Origin: Escherichia coli
GTDB taxonomy: Bacteria > Pseudomonadota > Gammaproteobacteria > Enterobacterales > Enterobacteriaceae
Assembly: GCF_030013205.1 (NCBI RefSeq)
Contig: NZ_CP122648.1
Length of the DNA: 64,000 bases
Direction: 5' to 3' (one strand)
The translations under genes and the position numbers were made by a program. Numbering within the stretch: the first letter of the stretch is position 1; every line of letters starts with the position of its first letter. Shown one piece after another: positions 9,500 to 18,646 of this stretch. The notes under the pieces were generated by a model. It was not told where the DNA came from, did not search any database, and was given only the letters and a program-made list of their open reading frames with translations.

Positions 9500-9887
9500 A
9501 ATCACGTTTCACTTTTCGTTGTCATTTGTATCGAACGTTTTTGAGAAAGGGCAGGATTGCGAGCGAGTTACCAGCGTAAACAGATAAATACTGTTTTCGT
9601 AAGCCCACTGTCGCCGCTTTCCGCTCTGCAATTTTTGCTTGTCGGGGGGCTAATTGTGGCTTTGCTTGCCATAACATTAAAAGTCAGTAATATACTGAAA
9701 ATTAATACAATACTTTTCATATATCCCATTGAATATTCAGTTCATTGCCAAATAGCAAGCGGAGCACTCTCTCTTTAACGTTGTAGTAACTTAGTTGAAC
9801 AATTTTATAATATAATTTGTCTAAGTTGGTTGATGTATCAAAGCCTTTTTCTGAAGAATGAATTGGCGTGATTACTCACGCCAGATT

Positions 9888-10235
9888 TTAAATTTCAGAA
9901 CATAGGCTAAGCGTATAGACAGCAGTTTGCCCATCATTGTTAGTCGGTCTCATAACGAAAACAGGCTGACTCCCATTATCAATGTATGTGACTGCAACCC
10001 CTCCATCAGGTGTGGCATACATTTTTGCGATGCTTTTTTGACCTATAAAATCAAGTCTCCAAGTCTTACCACCAAGATGTATTGTCATTTTTTTATCTTG
10101 TATATCAAAAGTTGAATCTACAGAAACTTTCTGACTTCCCGAGTCAATATGACCTTCCTGTATTGCTTTACAGGAAAAGGTTGTGGCGTGGCCCATCACT
10201 GGAATTAACAAAGCGGCAAATACTAGTTTTTTCAT
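9888..10235 (-). CDS. Small secreted/periplasmic hypothetical protein (115 aa)
   Basis: Internal ATG with GGGAG RBS; signal peptide MKKLVFAALLIPVMGHA; no family recognised. Confidence 0.5.
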   Translation of the reverse strand: MKKLVFAALLIPVMGHATTFSCKAIQEGHIDSGSQKVSVDSTFDIQDKKMTIHLGGKTWRLDFIGQKSIAKMYATPDGGVAVTYIDNGSQPVFVMRPTNNDGQTAVYTLSLCSEI

Positions 10236-10345
10236 TTGTCTCCCTTGATGTGTCAAATGGATGGTGATGCTAATAATACATGATTGATTCAAAATGTCAC
10301 GATTAGTGCGTGGTTAATTGGTGCGTCAAATTGCATCTTTGTGCC

Positions 10346-10810
10346 ATGCGAAAGAATCTGAGATACCTTTTTGGACAACGAGTAAAAGAGTTCCGTATAG
10401 CTATTGGCTTAAGCCAAGAGGCCTTTGCAGATCGGTGTGGTTTTGCTCGTAGTTATATGAGTCGAATTGAGCGTGGTTGCTCTAATGCATCTCTTGATGC
10501 AATTGAGGTTCTGGCTGACGCTTTGCGTATTGAGCCTTGGCAGTTACTAGCTTCTGATTCAAGGAAAACTGATGATCAGGAGGTACTTGTTCCTTATGCT
10601 GCAGATGGGTCGTGTTTTCATCCAGGATTGGCAAGTACTCGCGATGGTTCGTTTAGAGTAGGGGAAAAATCAGCCCAGAAACGTTTCAGTTCGTTCAATG
10701 ACGCTCTCGAATACCTTCGTGGAATGGAAACCGCGAAGTGGCGTAGGCCTAATGCTAGTGGTAATTGGGGAATTGTATCTGCGGTTAAATGGGATCGACT
10801 GAATCAATAA
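10346..10810 (+). CDS. XRE-family (Cro/CI-type) HTH transcriptional regulator with uncharacterised C-terminal domain
   Basis: HTH segment LSQEAFADRCGFARSYMSRIERG; start codon uncertain (GTG 10310 or ATG 10346). Confidence 0.55.
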   Translation: MRKNLRYLFGQRVKEFRIAIGLSQEAFADRCGFARSYMSRIERGCSNASLDAIEVLADALRIEPWQLLASDSRKTDDQEVLVPYAADGSCFHPGLASTRDGSFRVGEKSAQKRFSSFNDALEYLRGMETAKWRRPNASGNWGIVSAVKWDRLNQ

Positions 10811-10976
10811 GATATCAGTAATTTTCGGGCCACTCCACAAGGCAATAAGTGGCTTAGTGGTGATTATCGAAGGGGAATACAAGCGAGCACCTAGGCACCA
10901 TTGCAAGAACCGCTCAACGCTGAGATCAGCAAGCCCCGATTTCTGCCGACCGTCCCTGTCAAATATCAAGGAGGCA

Positions 10977-11516
10977 TTACGCCTCCTCTTCTTCCTTCTT
11001 AATTCGCTGTACCGTCGAAGGAGCAACATTAAAGATCTCGGCGGTTTTACGCACTGACACGCCATCAGAAAGGGCTTTCTTTATACCTTCTCGATCCACT
11101 GCCTTACCTTTACCACGCTTTCTAGGATTGACGGCTTGCGCTTCTCGTTTACGTTCTAACATCAGTTCACGTTCACACGTTGCCACTGCCGACAACATAG
11201 TAAGCATCATTTTTCCCATCGCGCTTGTAATGTCTGCAATGATCCCTTCTTTGTGAAAGCGAACAATTACACCACGATTATTAAGTTGTTCCACTAAGGC
11301 AAGAATGTCTAAGGTGTTACGCCCTAAACGATCAAGAGAGTGGACGTGTAAGGTGTCGCCTTCTCTCAGATAGGCTAAACACGCTTGTAAGCCTGGGCGG
11401 TTAGTGTCTTTACCAGACAGCTTATCTTCAAAGACTTTGTCGAGAGTTAGTCCTGCAAGCTGGCGATCAGTATTTTGATCTACAGTGCTCACACGCTTAT
11501 AGCCGATATTGCTCAT
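10977..11516 (-). CDS. Serine recombinase (resolvase/DNA invertase family)
   Basis: N-terminus MSNIGYKRVSTVDQNTDRQ (catalytic Ser motif), C-terminal HTH; ATG 11516 with AAGGGGA RBS. Confidence 0.8.
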   Translation of the reverse strand: MSNIGYKRVSTVDQNTDRQLAGLTLDKVFEDKLSGKDTNRPGLQACLAYLREGDTLHVHSLDRLGRNTLDILALVEQLNNRGVIVRFHKEGIIADITSAMGKMMLTMLSAVATCERELMLERKREAQAVNPRKRGKGKAVDREGIKKALSDGVSVRKTAEIFNVAPSTVQRIKKEEEEA

Positions 11517-11564
11517 AAAATCCCCTTGATGTATCGATTTGGCACCACTCCAATGCAAATGAGT

Positions 11565-11660
11565 GTGTTGTATTCATTTGGTCTGTTTCAAGCCTTATGG
11601 ATACGGAATATTACACGATTTAGCTGTATTCATTTGGTATGCCTAATGGATACGCAGGGG
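11565..11660. promoter_or_regulatory. res-like recombinase binding sites upstream of the serine recombinase gene
   Basis: Two similar subsites TGTATTCATTTGGT…ATGGATACG with internal imperfect dyad symmetry, directly upstream of recombinase start. Confidence 0.4.
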
Positions 11661-11769
11661 GATAGATTAAATGGTGTTCTGTTTATACAGGTTTATTTGT
11701 TAGATCAACAAGTTGGCATTTCTAAACAGATGTTTGAACGTTGCCAAATGCCTTGACAACACAAGAAAA

Positions 11770-12720
11770 TGGCTTGCTATGAACGCATTACACGAAATAA
11801 GGCTATAAAAACAAAATAAATTTTAAAATTTGCACAAAAACGAGAAAACTCGTTCGACAAATAATAGATTGGTTTTTAATCGACAATTTCTGACAATTTC
11901 TGATGGTGCTCTGTAAACCGCATTACACAAGGCTTTGCGAAAGTGATGTAAAAGTGAAGAAAGTTAACATTGCACTTTGAAGCCATTTTTCATTGGATTT
12001 TTTAGTAGGGAATTACACAGGGAATAGAGAGCATTATTCTATGATTTACACAGGGAATATAGGGGATTATGGCACACACATAGAAAGGCATTACACAGAG
12101 TGAGTGCTATGTGATGATTGGTAGTAACGGTAGGTCACTGTGAGCTACCCCCCACAGAATTCTGTTACCCCTATCAAGTCTAACAGGGGTTTATAAAGAA
12201 TAATAAACCGATGATACCCCTATCAATATTGATACCCCTATTAGCTTTGATATGACTACCCCTATCAAAACTGATACCCGATAAGAATAAGTTAATAAGA
12301 ATAATTAAATAATATTCTTTATATCTATATATATGATCTTTTTGCCTTCCGGCGTTAGCTTCACTCTCTGGCAAGCAGCCTTACTCCGCTATCTTTGGGC
12401 TTCGTGGCTGGCCCGTTCCGCTCACACCGAAAGCAAAGCGTTACTCTTCTTCGTGTAACTATCGTTGGCGGTAACGCCACACGAAGAAATACTATTGCGC
12501 TGTGCGCAGTAAGAGTAATCACCTAACCAATCACCTGATTGCTTACGTGTTAACTCTCTCTAACTCTTAATTACCCTCCTACATTTAATAACTCTATTAT
12601 TCTCTGTAGTTGTGTAATTACTCGAAGAGAGAGCGGCTAAAGCTCAATTACACTCTGCTTTCCTCGTGTAATTTCACTAAGCCTCAATACAATTTCACTT
12701 CCTACATTCTGTAGTCGTGT
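11770..12720. repeat. Iteron-like repeat cluster in 1.9 kb ORF-free AT-rich region (putative origin or regulatory hub)
   Basis: Five direct copies of (C)ATTACACAG at ~11777-12100, four copies of TACCCCTATCAA at ~12163-12270, reverse-orientation GTGTAAT copies at ~12451-12715. Confidence 0.5.
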
Positions 12721-13503
12721 AATAGTTTTCGGTGGGGAAAAGCCAGAGGCGACACCGAAAGAAAATTCTGATCTTATTAATCTTATCTATCTTAGTTAAT
12801 CTTCTTACTTACTTTATCTACTTTATTATTAATAATAGCTTTATAAGCTCTCTGTGTAGCTCTCTGACGCAAGAAACAGCATTCAGGAAGGGAATCACCT
12901 TAGAAAAGTGTTCTTTGCGTCATAATGTGTTTTATGAAGGATTCAGAGGTGTTTCATAACACAAGGTATAGAGGATATTTTAGTTAATTAAAAATAAGGG
13001 GGCTAAATGCTTCTCTAACAGCATTAAGCAGGGTAGAGAATGGAAATGCATTGCCTACGTATATATAAACTCACTACAAGGCTTTACAGAGCGTTTTATA
13101 AAGTAACTAATCTAAGAACTCTCTGTTTTATATCTATCATCATCTTTCCATCATCTAACAAATACAAAATAAGCCCCTTAAATAAGCCTCTGGCGAGCTA
13201 AACAGCCATTACATAAGGGAATGTATTTCTTTTATCAAAACTTCGTTAGAACGCGTTTTAGAGCGTTTTATACAATAAGGAAGAATAGGACCGTCCGCAA
13301 GAGCACGAATTGCTAAGAAAGAATGTAAACGCATGAAAAATATCAGATTTTTTATGAAAATATATTGACAAATGTTTCTTTATATGTAATAATAGGTATT
13401 AGAGAGACAGAAAAACATTCTTCTCTAAATAATCAAAATCAATGCACTTTGAAGCCGTCAGGCTTGCAAGGTGTTTTTCTTTTAACTGAATAAGGAGTTT
13501 TTT

Positions 13504-13692
13504 ATGAAATGGTTTACACCGGAACACGTCGTAGAGGCATTTAAAAAAGGTGAGCTAACACGACATCAAGTAGTAATGAATCGTAATATGGCAAGGAGTC
13601 GAGGTTATCCAGAGCGTGAAAAATGTTTCGATGCAGCACTAAAAATTATTGATAAATTAAGAAAAAATGAAAAAGGATCTGAAACAGAGTAA
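13504..13692 (+). CDS. Hypothetical small protein (62 aa)
   Basis: AAGGAG RBS upstream of ATG; no family recognised. Confidence 0.35.
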   Translation: MKWFTPEHVVEAFKKGELTRHQVVMNRNMARSRGYPEREKCFDAALKIIDKLRKNEKGSETE

Positions 13693-13711
13693 AGAAGAGA
13701 AGGAGAAAACT

Positions 13712-13882
13712 ATGAGCGAAACTACAGAAAAGAAAAGACAACCACGCACTTGCTTTCATATTCCTGATGAAGTATTTCAGGTGTTGTTTAAAGAAGCCAG
13801 AAGTAAACGTATCACTGTTACAGATTACATTCTTGATATGTTGAAAAGAGAGGCTGAAACACTCTCAAATAAAAGCAAGTGA
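13712..13882 (+). CDS. Small ribbon-helix-helix (CopG/Arc-like) DNA-binding protein
   Basis: 56 aa; AAGGAGAAAAC RBS; N-terminal RTCFHIPDEVFQVLFKEA…ITVTDYILDML pattern typical of RHH. Confidence 0.45.
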   Translation: MSETTEKKRQPRTCFHIPDEVFQVLFKEARSKRITVTDYILDMLKREAETLSNKSK

Positions 13883-13936
13883 TTTTTATCACCATAGTAG
13901 CGCCGTAGAGCGTGATTACATCAAGGAGCTTTTTTA

Positions 13937-14599
13937 ATGATTAAACATACAAAACCTTTCTTAGGAATAGATTATGACTTACTAGCAATCACTTCCCTAG
14001 TGATTAACGGCAAAACAAAAGAAGTAAAACTACATCATAAGATCATTTATTCTTATTTGTTAAGTTTATCTGGCACATATCAAAAGGTAACACCATCTTT
14101 GAAAGGTATTGGTGAGCGGTTAGGAGTAGGTACAGATCAGACGGTACGCCGTCATATCAAAGATCTTGTTTCTTTTGGATGGTTGAAGATTGAGGAAAGG
14201 GCAGGTAGCACAAATGCTTATATTGTCCTTCCTTATGAACAAGAAGCCCAGACACAACAAGAAGCTACCGTTAAAGCTGTTCAGGAACAGCTTCCCCCTA
14301 CGGAAGATAATAAAGAGTTTTCTTTTGATGTTCTTGATGATTGGGATGCGCCTTTACCTTGGGAAATGGAAGAAACGCCATCTGATGAAAAGGTAGCTAA
14401 TGATAATGAGGAGGATGTGTTAGAGAATTTTGCCTCTCTTATCATCCAGGAGAAACACACAAGAACAGGAGGGGCATCATTTATAGAATTTGCAACATCG
14501 TTAGCCTGTAAGCACAGGATAAAGCTACCAAATGGTATTGAGGCATATTTTGCTAAGAAACATCCCAAAGTATATGAAGACTTTGATATTCCATTTTAA
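13937..14599 (+). CDS. HTH (winged-helix-like) protein with acidic linker; possible iteron-binding replication or regulatory protein
   Basis: 220 aa; AAGGAG RBS; HTH-like segment LKGIGERLGVGTDQTVRRHIKDLVSFGWL; sits beside iteron region. Confidence 0.45.
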   Translation: MIKHTKPFLGIDYDLLAITSLVINGKTKEVKLHHKIIYSYLLSLSGTYQKVTPSLKGIGERLGVGTDQTVRRHIKDLVSFGWLKIEERAGSTNAYIVLPYEQEAQTQQEATVKAVQEQLPPTEDNKEFSFDVLDDWDAPLPWEMEETPSDEKVANDNEEDVLENFASLIIQEKHTRTGGASFIEFATSLACKHRIKLPNGIEAYFAKKHPKVYEDFDIPF

Positions 14600-14794
14600 T
14601 AAGGAGGGTTATGATTCAATATTTAGTAAAAAATAAAGTAGAATTCATCTATTCCACTCTCTAAAAATCTATCTGTGTAATATAAAATGAAAACATTATG
14701 GTATTAGCTATGTATTGGTTATTGTTCTTTCTGGCCTTAGAAACATATGCAAGTAAGTCTGGAAAACGAAAGTAATATATTGATGATTTGTTTG

Positions 14795-15052
14795 TTATAA
14801 CTTCGTGGTGTCAAGTCCAGCAGTTTTGAGTCGCTCGGTAAGATTTCTCATTTTGCTGAACTCTGTACCAAAGCTGGCTTTAAGTCCTACACCTTCGCAA
14901 AACTCTTTTGCCGTGACGTTTTTCAGATGGTCAACATATTTGGTCATCTGGAGGTGCATTTCCATCGTTTGGCTATTTCGTGATGCGCTGCTAATGGCTT
15001 GCTTAATGTTCTCGTAGATCTGGGTTCTGTCATTGTTTATCCCACCTATCAA
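14795..15052 (-). CDS. Hypothetical protein (weak call; no in-frame ATG at ORF start)
   Basis: 85-aa ORF begins at TTG; first in-frame ATG would give 56 aa; no family recognised. Confidence 0.25.
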   Translation of the reverse strand: MIGGINNDRTQIYENIKQAISSASRNSQTMEMHLQMTKYVDHLKNVTAKEFCEGVGLKASFGTEFSKMRNLTERLKTAGLDTTKL

Positions 15053-15249
15053 ATTTAGAAAAATAATATTAATTAGCTAATTAATATAATCAATGGTTTT
15101 CACCATCTGAATGATAGCCGTTAATTGTTTCTTTTTCATTCCTTCTATGGGGTACAAAATGGGGTACACAGAGAAGAAGCAATTAATGGAGGCGAGCTTG
15201 CATCTGCAAGCCACTTCCCCTAAGCTGGCACAAAATATAGAGATTCAAC

Positions 15250-15327
15250 CAAACGACTCGGGGTGCCCTTCTGCGTGAAGGCTGAGAAATACCCGTATCA
15301 CCTGATCTGGATAATGCCAGCGTAGGG
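15250..15327 (+). repeat. Right copy of 78-bp direct repeat (part of intact thiM riboswitch)
   Basis: Identical to 6360-6437. Confidence 0.85.
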
Positions 15328-15379
15328 AAGTCACGGACCACCAGGTCATTGCTTCTTCACGTTATGGCAGGAGCAAACT
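15250..15379 (+). promoter_or_regulatory. thiM TPP (THI-box) riboswitch: aptamer plus expression platform
   Basis: Sequence CGACUCGGGGUGCCCUUCUGCGUGAAGGCUGAGAAAUACCCGUAUCACCUGAUCUGGAUAAUGCCAGCGUAGGGAAGUC… recognised as thiM riboswitch; directly precedes thiM start. Confidence 0.9.
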
Positions 15380-16168
15380 ATGCAAGTCGACCTGCTGAGT
15401 TCCGCGCAATCTGCGCACGCGTTACACCTTTTTCACCAACATTCCCCTCTTGTGCATTGCATGACCAATGATGTGGTGCAAACTTTTACTGCCAATACCT
15501 TACTGGCGCTCGGTGCATCGCCAGCGATGGTTATCGAAACCGAAGAAGCCAGTCAGTTTGCGGCTATCGCCAGTGCGTTGCTGATTAACGTTGGCACACT
15601 GACGCAGCCACGCGCACAGGCGATGCGTGCCGCCGTTGAACAGGCAAAACGCTCTCAAACACCCTGGACGCTTGATCCAGTAGCGGTTGGTGCACTCGAC
15701 TATCGCCGCCGTTTTTGTCTGGAACTTCTGTCTCATAAGCCAACCGCCATACGTGGTAATGCTTCGGAAATCATGGCATTAGCTGGCATTGCTAATGGCG
15801 GACGGGGAGTGGATACCACTGACGCCGCAGCTAATGCGATACCCGCTGCACAAACACTGGCACGGGAAACTGGCGCAATCGTCGTGGTCACAGGCGAGGT
15901 GGATTATGTTACCGATGGCCATTGCACCGTTGGCATTCACGGTGGCGATCCGCTAATGACCAAAGTGGTAGGAACTGGCTGTGCATTATCGGCGGTTGTC
16001 GCTGCCTGTTGTGCGCTACCAGGCGATATGCTGGAAAATGTCGCATCTGCCTGTCACTGGATGAAACAAGCCGGAGAACGCGCAGTCGCCAGTAGCGAGG
16101 GGCCAGGCAGTTTTGTTCCACATTTCCTTGATGCGCTCTGGCAATTGACGCAGGAGGTGCAAGCGTGA
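15380..16168 (+). CDS. thiM: Hydroxyethylthiazole kinase
   Basis: 262 aa, recognised ThiM sequence; riboswitch upstream. Confidence 0.95.
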   Translation: MQVDLLSSAQSAHALHLFHQHSPLVHCMTNDVVQTFTANTLLALGASPAMVIETEEASQFAAIASALLINVGTLTQPRAQAMRAAVEQAKRSQTPWTLDPVAVGALDYRRRFCLELLSHKPTAIRGNASEIMALAGIANGGRGVDTTDAAANAIPAAQTLARETGAIVVVTGEVDYVTDGHCTVGIHGGDPLMTKVVGTGCALSAVVAACCALPGDMLENVASACHWMKQAGERAVASSEGPGSFVPHFLDALWQLTQEVQA

Positions 16169-16965
16169 AACGAATTAACGCTCTGACGATTGCCGGTACT
16201 GATCCGAGTGGTGGTGCGGGGATTCAGGCCGATCTTAAAACCTTCTCGGCACTTGGCGCTTATGGTTGCTCAGTTATTACTGCACTGGTGGCGCAAAATA
16301 CCCGTGGTGTACAGTCGGTGTATCGCATTGAGCCTGATTTTGTCGCCGCCCAGCTCGATTCGGTGTTCAGCGATGTGCGAATCGACACCACTAAAATCGG
16401 TATGTTGGCGGAAACCGATATTGTTGAAGCGGTGGCAGAACGGTTGCAACGTTATCAGATCCAAAACGTGGTACTCGACACCGTTATGCTGGCAAAAAGC
16501 GGCGACCCGCTGCTTTCACCTTCGGCGGTTGCTACGCTGCGCAGTCGATTATTGCCACAGGTTTCATTAATAACGCCAAACTTGCCCGAAGCTGCTGCCT
16601 TGCTCGACGCGCCACACGCGCGCACCGAACAGGAAATGCTGGAACAAGGGCGATCGCTGTTGGCGATGGGCTGTGGCGCAGTGCTAATGAAAGGTGGTCA
16701 TCTGGATGATGAGCAAAGCCCTGACTGGCTGTTTACTCGTGAGGGGGAACAACGATTTACTGCACCGCGCATTATGACCCAAAACACCCACGGCACTGGT
16801 TGTACGCTCTCTGCGGCGTTGGCTGCACTACGCCCGCGCCATACAAACTGGGCTGACACCGTACAGGAGGCAAAAAGCTGGCTTTCATCGGCGTTAGCCC
16901 AGGCCGACACGCTGGAAGTTGGTCACGGTATTGGTCCGGTTCACCACTTCCACGCCTGGTGGTGA
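16165..16965 (+). CDS. thiD: Hydroxymethylpyrimidine/phosphomethylpyrimidine kinase
   Basis: 266 aa; GTG start overlapping thiM stop (translational coupling). Confidence 0.95.
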   Translation: MKRINALTIAGTDPSGGAGIQADLKTFSALGAYGCSVITALVAQNTRGVQSVYRIEPDFVAAQLDSVFSDVRIDTTKIGMLAETDIVEAVAERLQRYQIQNVVLDTVMLAKSGDPLLSPSAVATLRSRLLPQVSLITPNLPEAAALLDAPHARTEQEMLEQGRSLLAMGCGAVLMKGGHLDDEQSPDWLFTREGEQRFTAPRIMTQNTHGTGCTLSAALAALRPRHTNWADTVQEAKSWLSSALAQADTLEVGHGIGPVHHFHAWW

Positions 16966-17020
16966 GCACCGTACTATAGCTGCTTTGGTTATTGTCAGCC
17001 TTTGGCACTGACATTCAGGG

Positions 17021-17848
17021 ATGAAACCAATGCAGCTAAGAATCACCAGTCGAAAAAAACTCACCGCTTTATTATGCGCTCTTGGGCTAATTTCCATCGT
17101 TGCGATTTATCCGCGTCAGACGGTGAATTTTTTCTATTCGACAGCAATTCAGATTAAAGACTACATCCACTTCTACGGTTATCGCCCGGTTAAATCTTTC
17201 GCTATTCGCATTCCTGCCAATTACACCATTCATGGTATTGATGTTTCACGCTGGCAGGAGCGAATCGACTGGCAGCGGGTGGCAAAAATGCGCGATAACG
17301 GTATTCGCTTGCAATTTGCCTTTATCAAGGCTACGGAAGGCGAAAAGCTGGTGGACCCCTATTTTTCGCGTAACTGGCAACTAAGCCGCGAAAATGGCCT
17401 GCTGCGCGGGGCGTATCATTATTTCTCCCCGTCGGTATCCGCTTCAGTTCAGGCGCGATTATTTCTGCAAACGGTGGATTTTGCCCACGGCGATCTCCCT
17501 GCCGTGCTGGACGTAGAAGAACGGGGAAAATTATCGGCAAAAGAATTACGCAAGCGGGTAAGTCAGTGGCTAAAAATGGTCGAAAAAAGTACGGGGAAAA
17601 AGCCGATTATTTACTCAGGAGCCGTTTTTTATCACACGAATCTGGCGGGCTATTTCAATGAATATCCGTGGTGGGTGGCTCACTATTATCAACGTCGTCC
17701 GGACAATGACGGCATGGCCTGGCGCTTCTGGCAGCATTCCGACCGTGGACAGGTAGATGGCATTAATGGTCCGGTGGATTTTAATGTGTTTAATGGCACG
17801 GTGGAGGAGTTGCAGGTATTCGTTGATGGGATTAAAGAAACGCCTTAA
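17021..17848 (+). CDS. yegX: Glycoside hydrolase family 25 (lysozyme-like) protein
   Basis: 275 aa; GH25-like sequence with N-terminal hydrophobic segment. Confidence 0.8.
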   Translation: MKPMQLRITSRKKLTALLCALGLISIVAIYPRQTVNFFYSTAIQIKDYIHFYGYRPVKSFAIRIPANYTIHGIDVSRWQERIDWQRVAKMRDNGIRLQFAFIKATEGEKLVDPYFSRNWQLSRENGLLRGAYHYFSPSVSASVQARLFLQTVDFAHGDLPAVLDVEERGKLSAKELRKRVSQWLKMVEKSTGKKPIIYSGAVFYHTNLAGYFNEYPWWVAHYYQRRPDNDGMAWRFWQHSDRGQVDGINGPVDFNVFNGTVEELQVFVDGIKETP

Positions 17849-17899
17849 ATAAGAAGCAGTGATATACTCCCACCAGACTCCCTGGCAGGAAAAAGACAA

Positions 17900-18646
17900 A
17901 TGGAACAAGCGCATACCCAGCTGATTGCCCAACTGAACGAACGTATTTTAGCGGCGGATAACACGCCGCTTTATATTAAGTTTGCCGAAACGGTAAAAAA
18001 TGCCGTGCGCAGCGGGGTGCTGGAGCATGGCAATATTTTGCCCGGTGAGCGTGATTTAAGTCAGTTAACCGGCGTTTCGCGCATTACGGTGCGCAAGGCG
18101 ATGCAGGCGCTGGAAGAAGAGGGCGTGGTGACGCGTTCGCGTGGTTACGGTACGCAGATCAACAACATCTTCGAATACTCGTTGAAAGAAGCGCGAGGTT
18201 TTTCTCAGCAGGTGGTATTGCGCGGGAAAAAGCCCGATACGCTATGGGTTAACAAGCGTGTCGTGAAATGTCCCGAAGAAGTCGCGCAGCAGCTGGCGGT
18301 CGAAGCGGGAAGTGATGTCTTTTTGCTTAAGCGTATTCGCTATGTCGATGAAGAAGCGGTATCGATTGAGGAATCGTGGGTTCCGGCGCATTTAATTCAT
18401 GATGTTGATGCCATCGGGATTTCTCTTTATGACTATTTCCGCAGCCAGCACATTTACCCACAACGTACGCGTTCCCGCGTTAGCGCCCGGATGCCGGATG
18501 CCGAGTTTCAGTCACATATTCAGTTAGATAGCAAAATACCGGTGCTGGTGATCAAGCAAGTGGCGCTTGACCAACAGCAACGGCCTATTGAGTACAGCAT
18601 CAGCCACTGTCGCAGCGATCTATACGTTTTTGTGTGCGAGGAGTAG
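17900..18646 (+). CDS. yegW: GntR/HutC-family transcriptional regulator
   Basis: 248 aa; N-terminal GntR-type HTH (GERDLSQLTGVSRITVRKA). Confidence 0.85.
   Translation: MEQAHTQLIAQLNERILAADNTPLYIKFAETVKNAVRSGVLEHGNILPGERDLSQLTGVSRITVRKAMQALEEEGVVTRSRGYGTQINNIFEYSLKEARGFSQQVVLRGKKPDTLWVNKRVVKCPEEVAQQLAVEAGSDVFLLKRIRYVDEEAVSIEESWVPAHLIHDVDAIGISLYDYFRSQHIYPQRTRSRVSARMPDAEFQSHIQLDSKIPVLVIKQVALDQQQRPIEYSISHCRSDLYVFVCEE

Larger units (their letters stand above)
6360..15327. mobile_element. ~8.8 kb integrative island inserted in the rcnR-thiM intergenic region at the thiM TPP riboswitch
   Basis: Flanked by perfect 78-bp direct repeats; tyrosine integrase next to left repeat; plasmid/phage-like gene content; AT-rich interior. 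Confidence 0.75.

Noticed and set aside
9557-9778. 73-aa hydrophobic ORF in the convergent intergenic region between the nuclease and the secreted-protein gene
   Set aside because: No RBS, unusual composition, sits where terminators are expected; kept as unsupported.
11770-12720. Hypothesis that the serine recombinase inverts a segment bounded by oppositely oriented ATTACAC/GTGTAAT repeats (phase-variation switch)
   Set aside because: The repeats are short and imperfect and lack the dyad-symmetric crossover sites of Hin/Gin-type invertases; the res-like subsites beside the recombinase gene fit a resolution function better. Left as an alternative under the recombinase finding.
12180-12959. 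Small ORFs 12180..12374 (-) and 12732..12959 (+) inside the ORF-free repeat region
   Set aside because: Low-complexity translations across AT-rich repeats, no ribosome-binding sites.
14795-15052. Treating the 85-aa minus-strand ORF at the island's right end as a confident gene
   Set aside because: It starts at TTG with no convincing RBS and the first in-frame ATG gives only 56 aa; retained only as a low-confidence feature.
6360-15327. Possibility that the 78-bp duplication is a misassembly or natural riboswitch paralogy
   Set aside because: The flanks of the two copies are entirely different and the intervening DNA has coherent mobile-element content with an adjacent integrase; TPP riboswitches of different genes are not identical over 78 bp.
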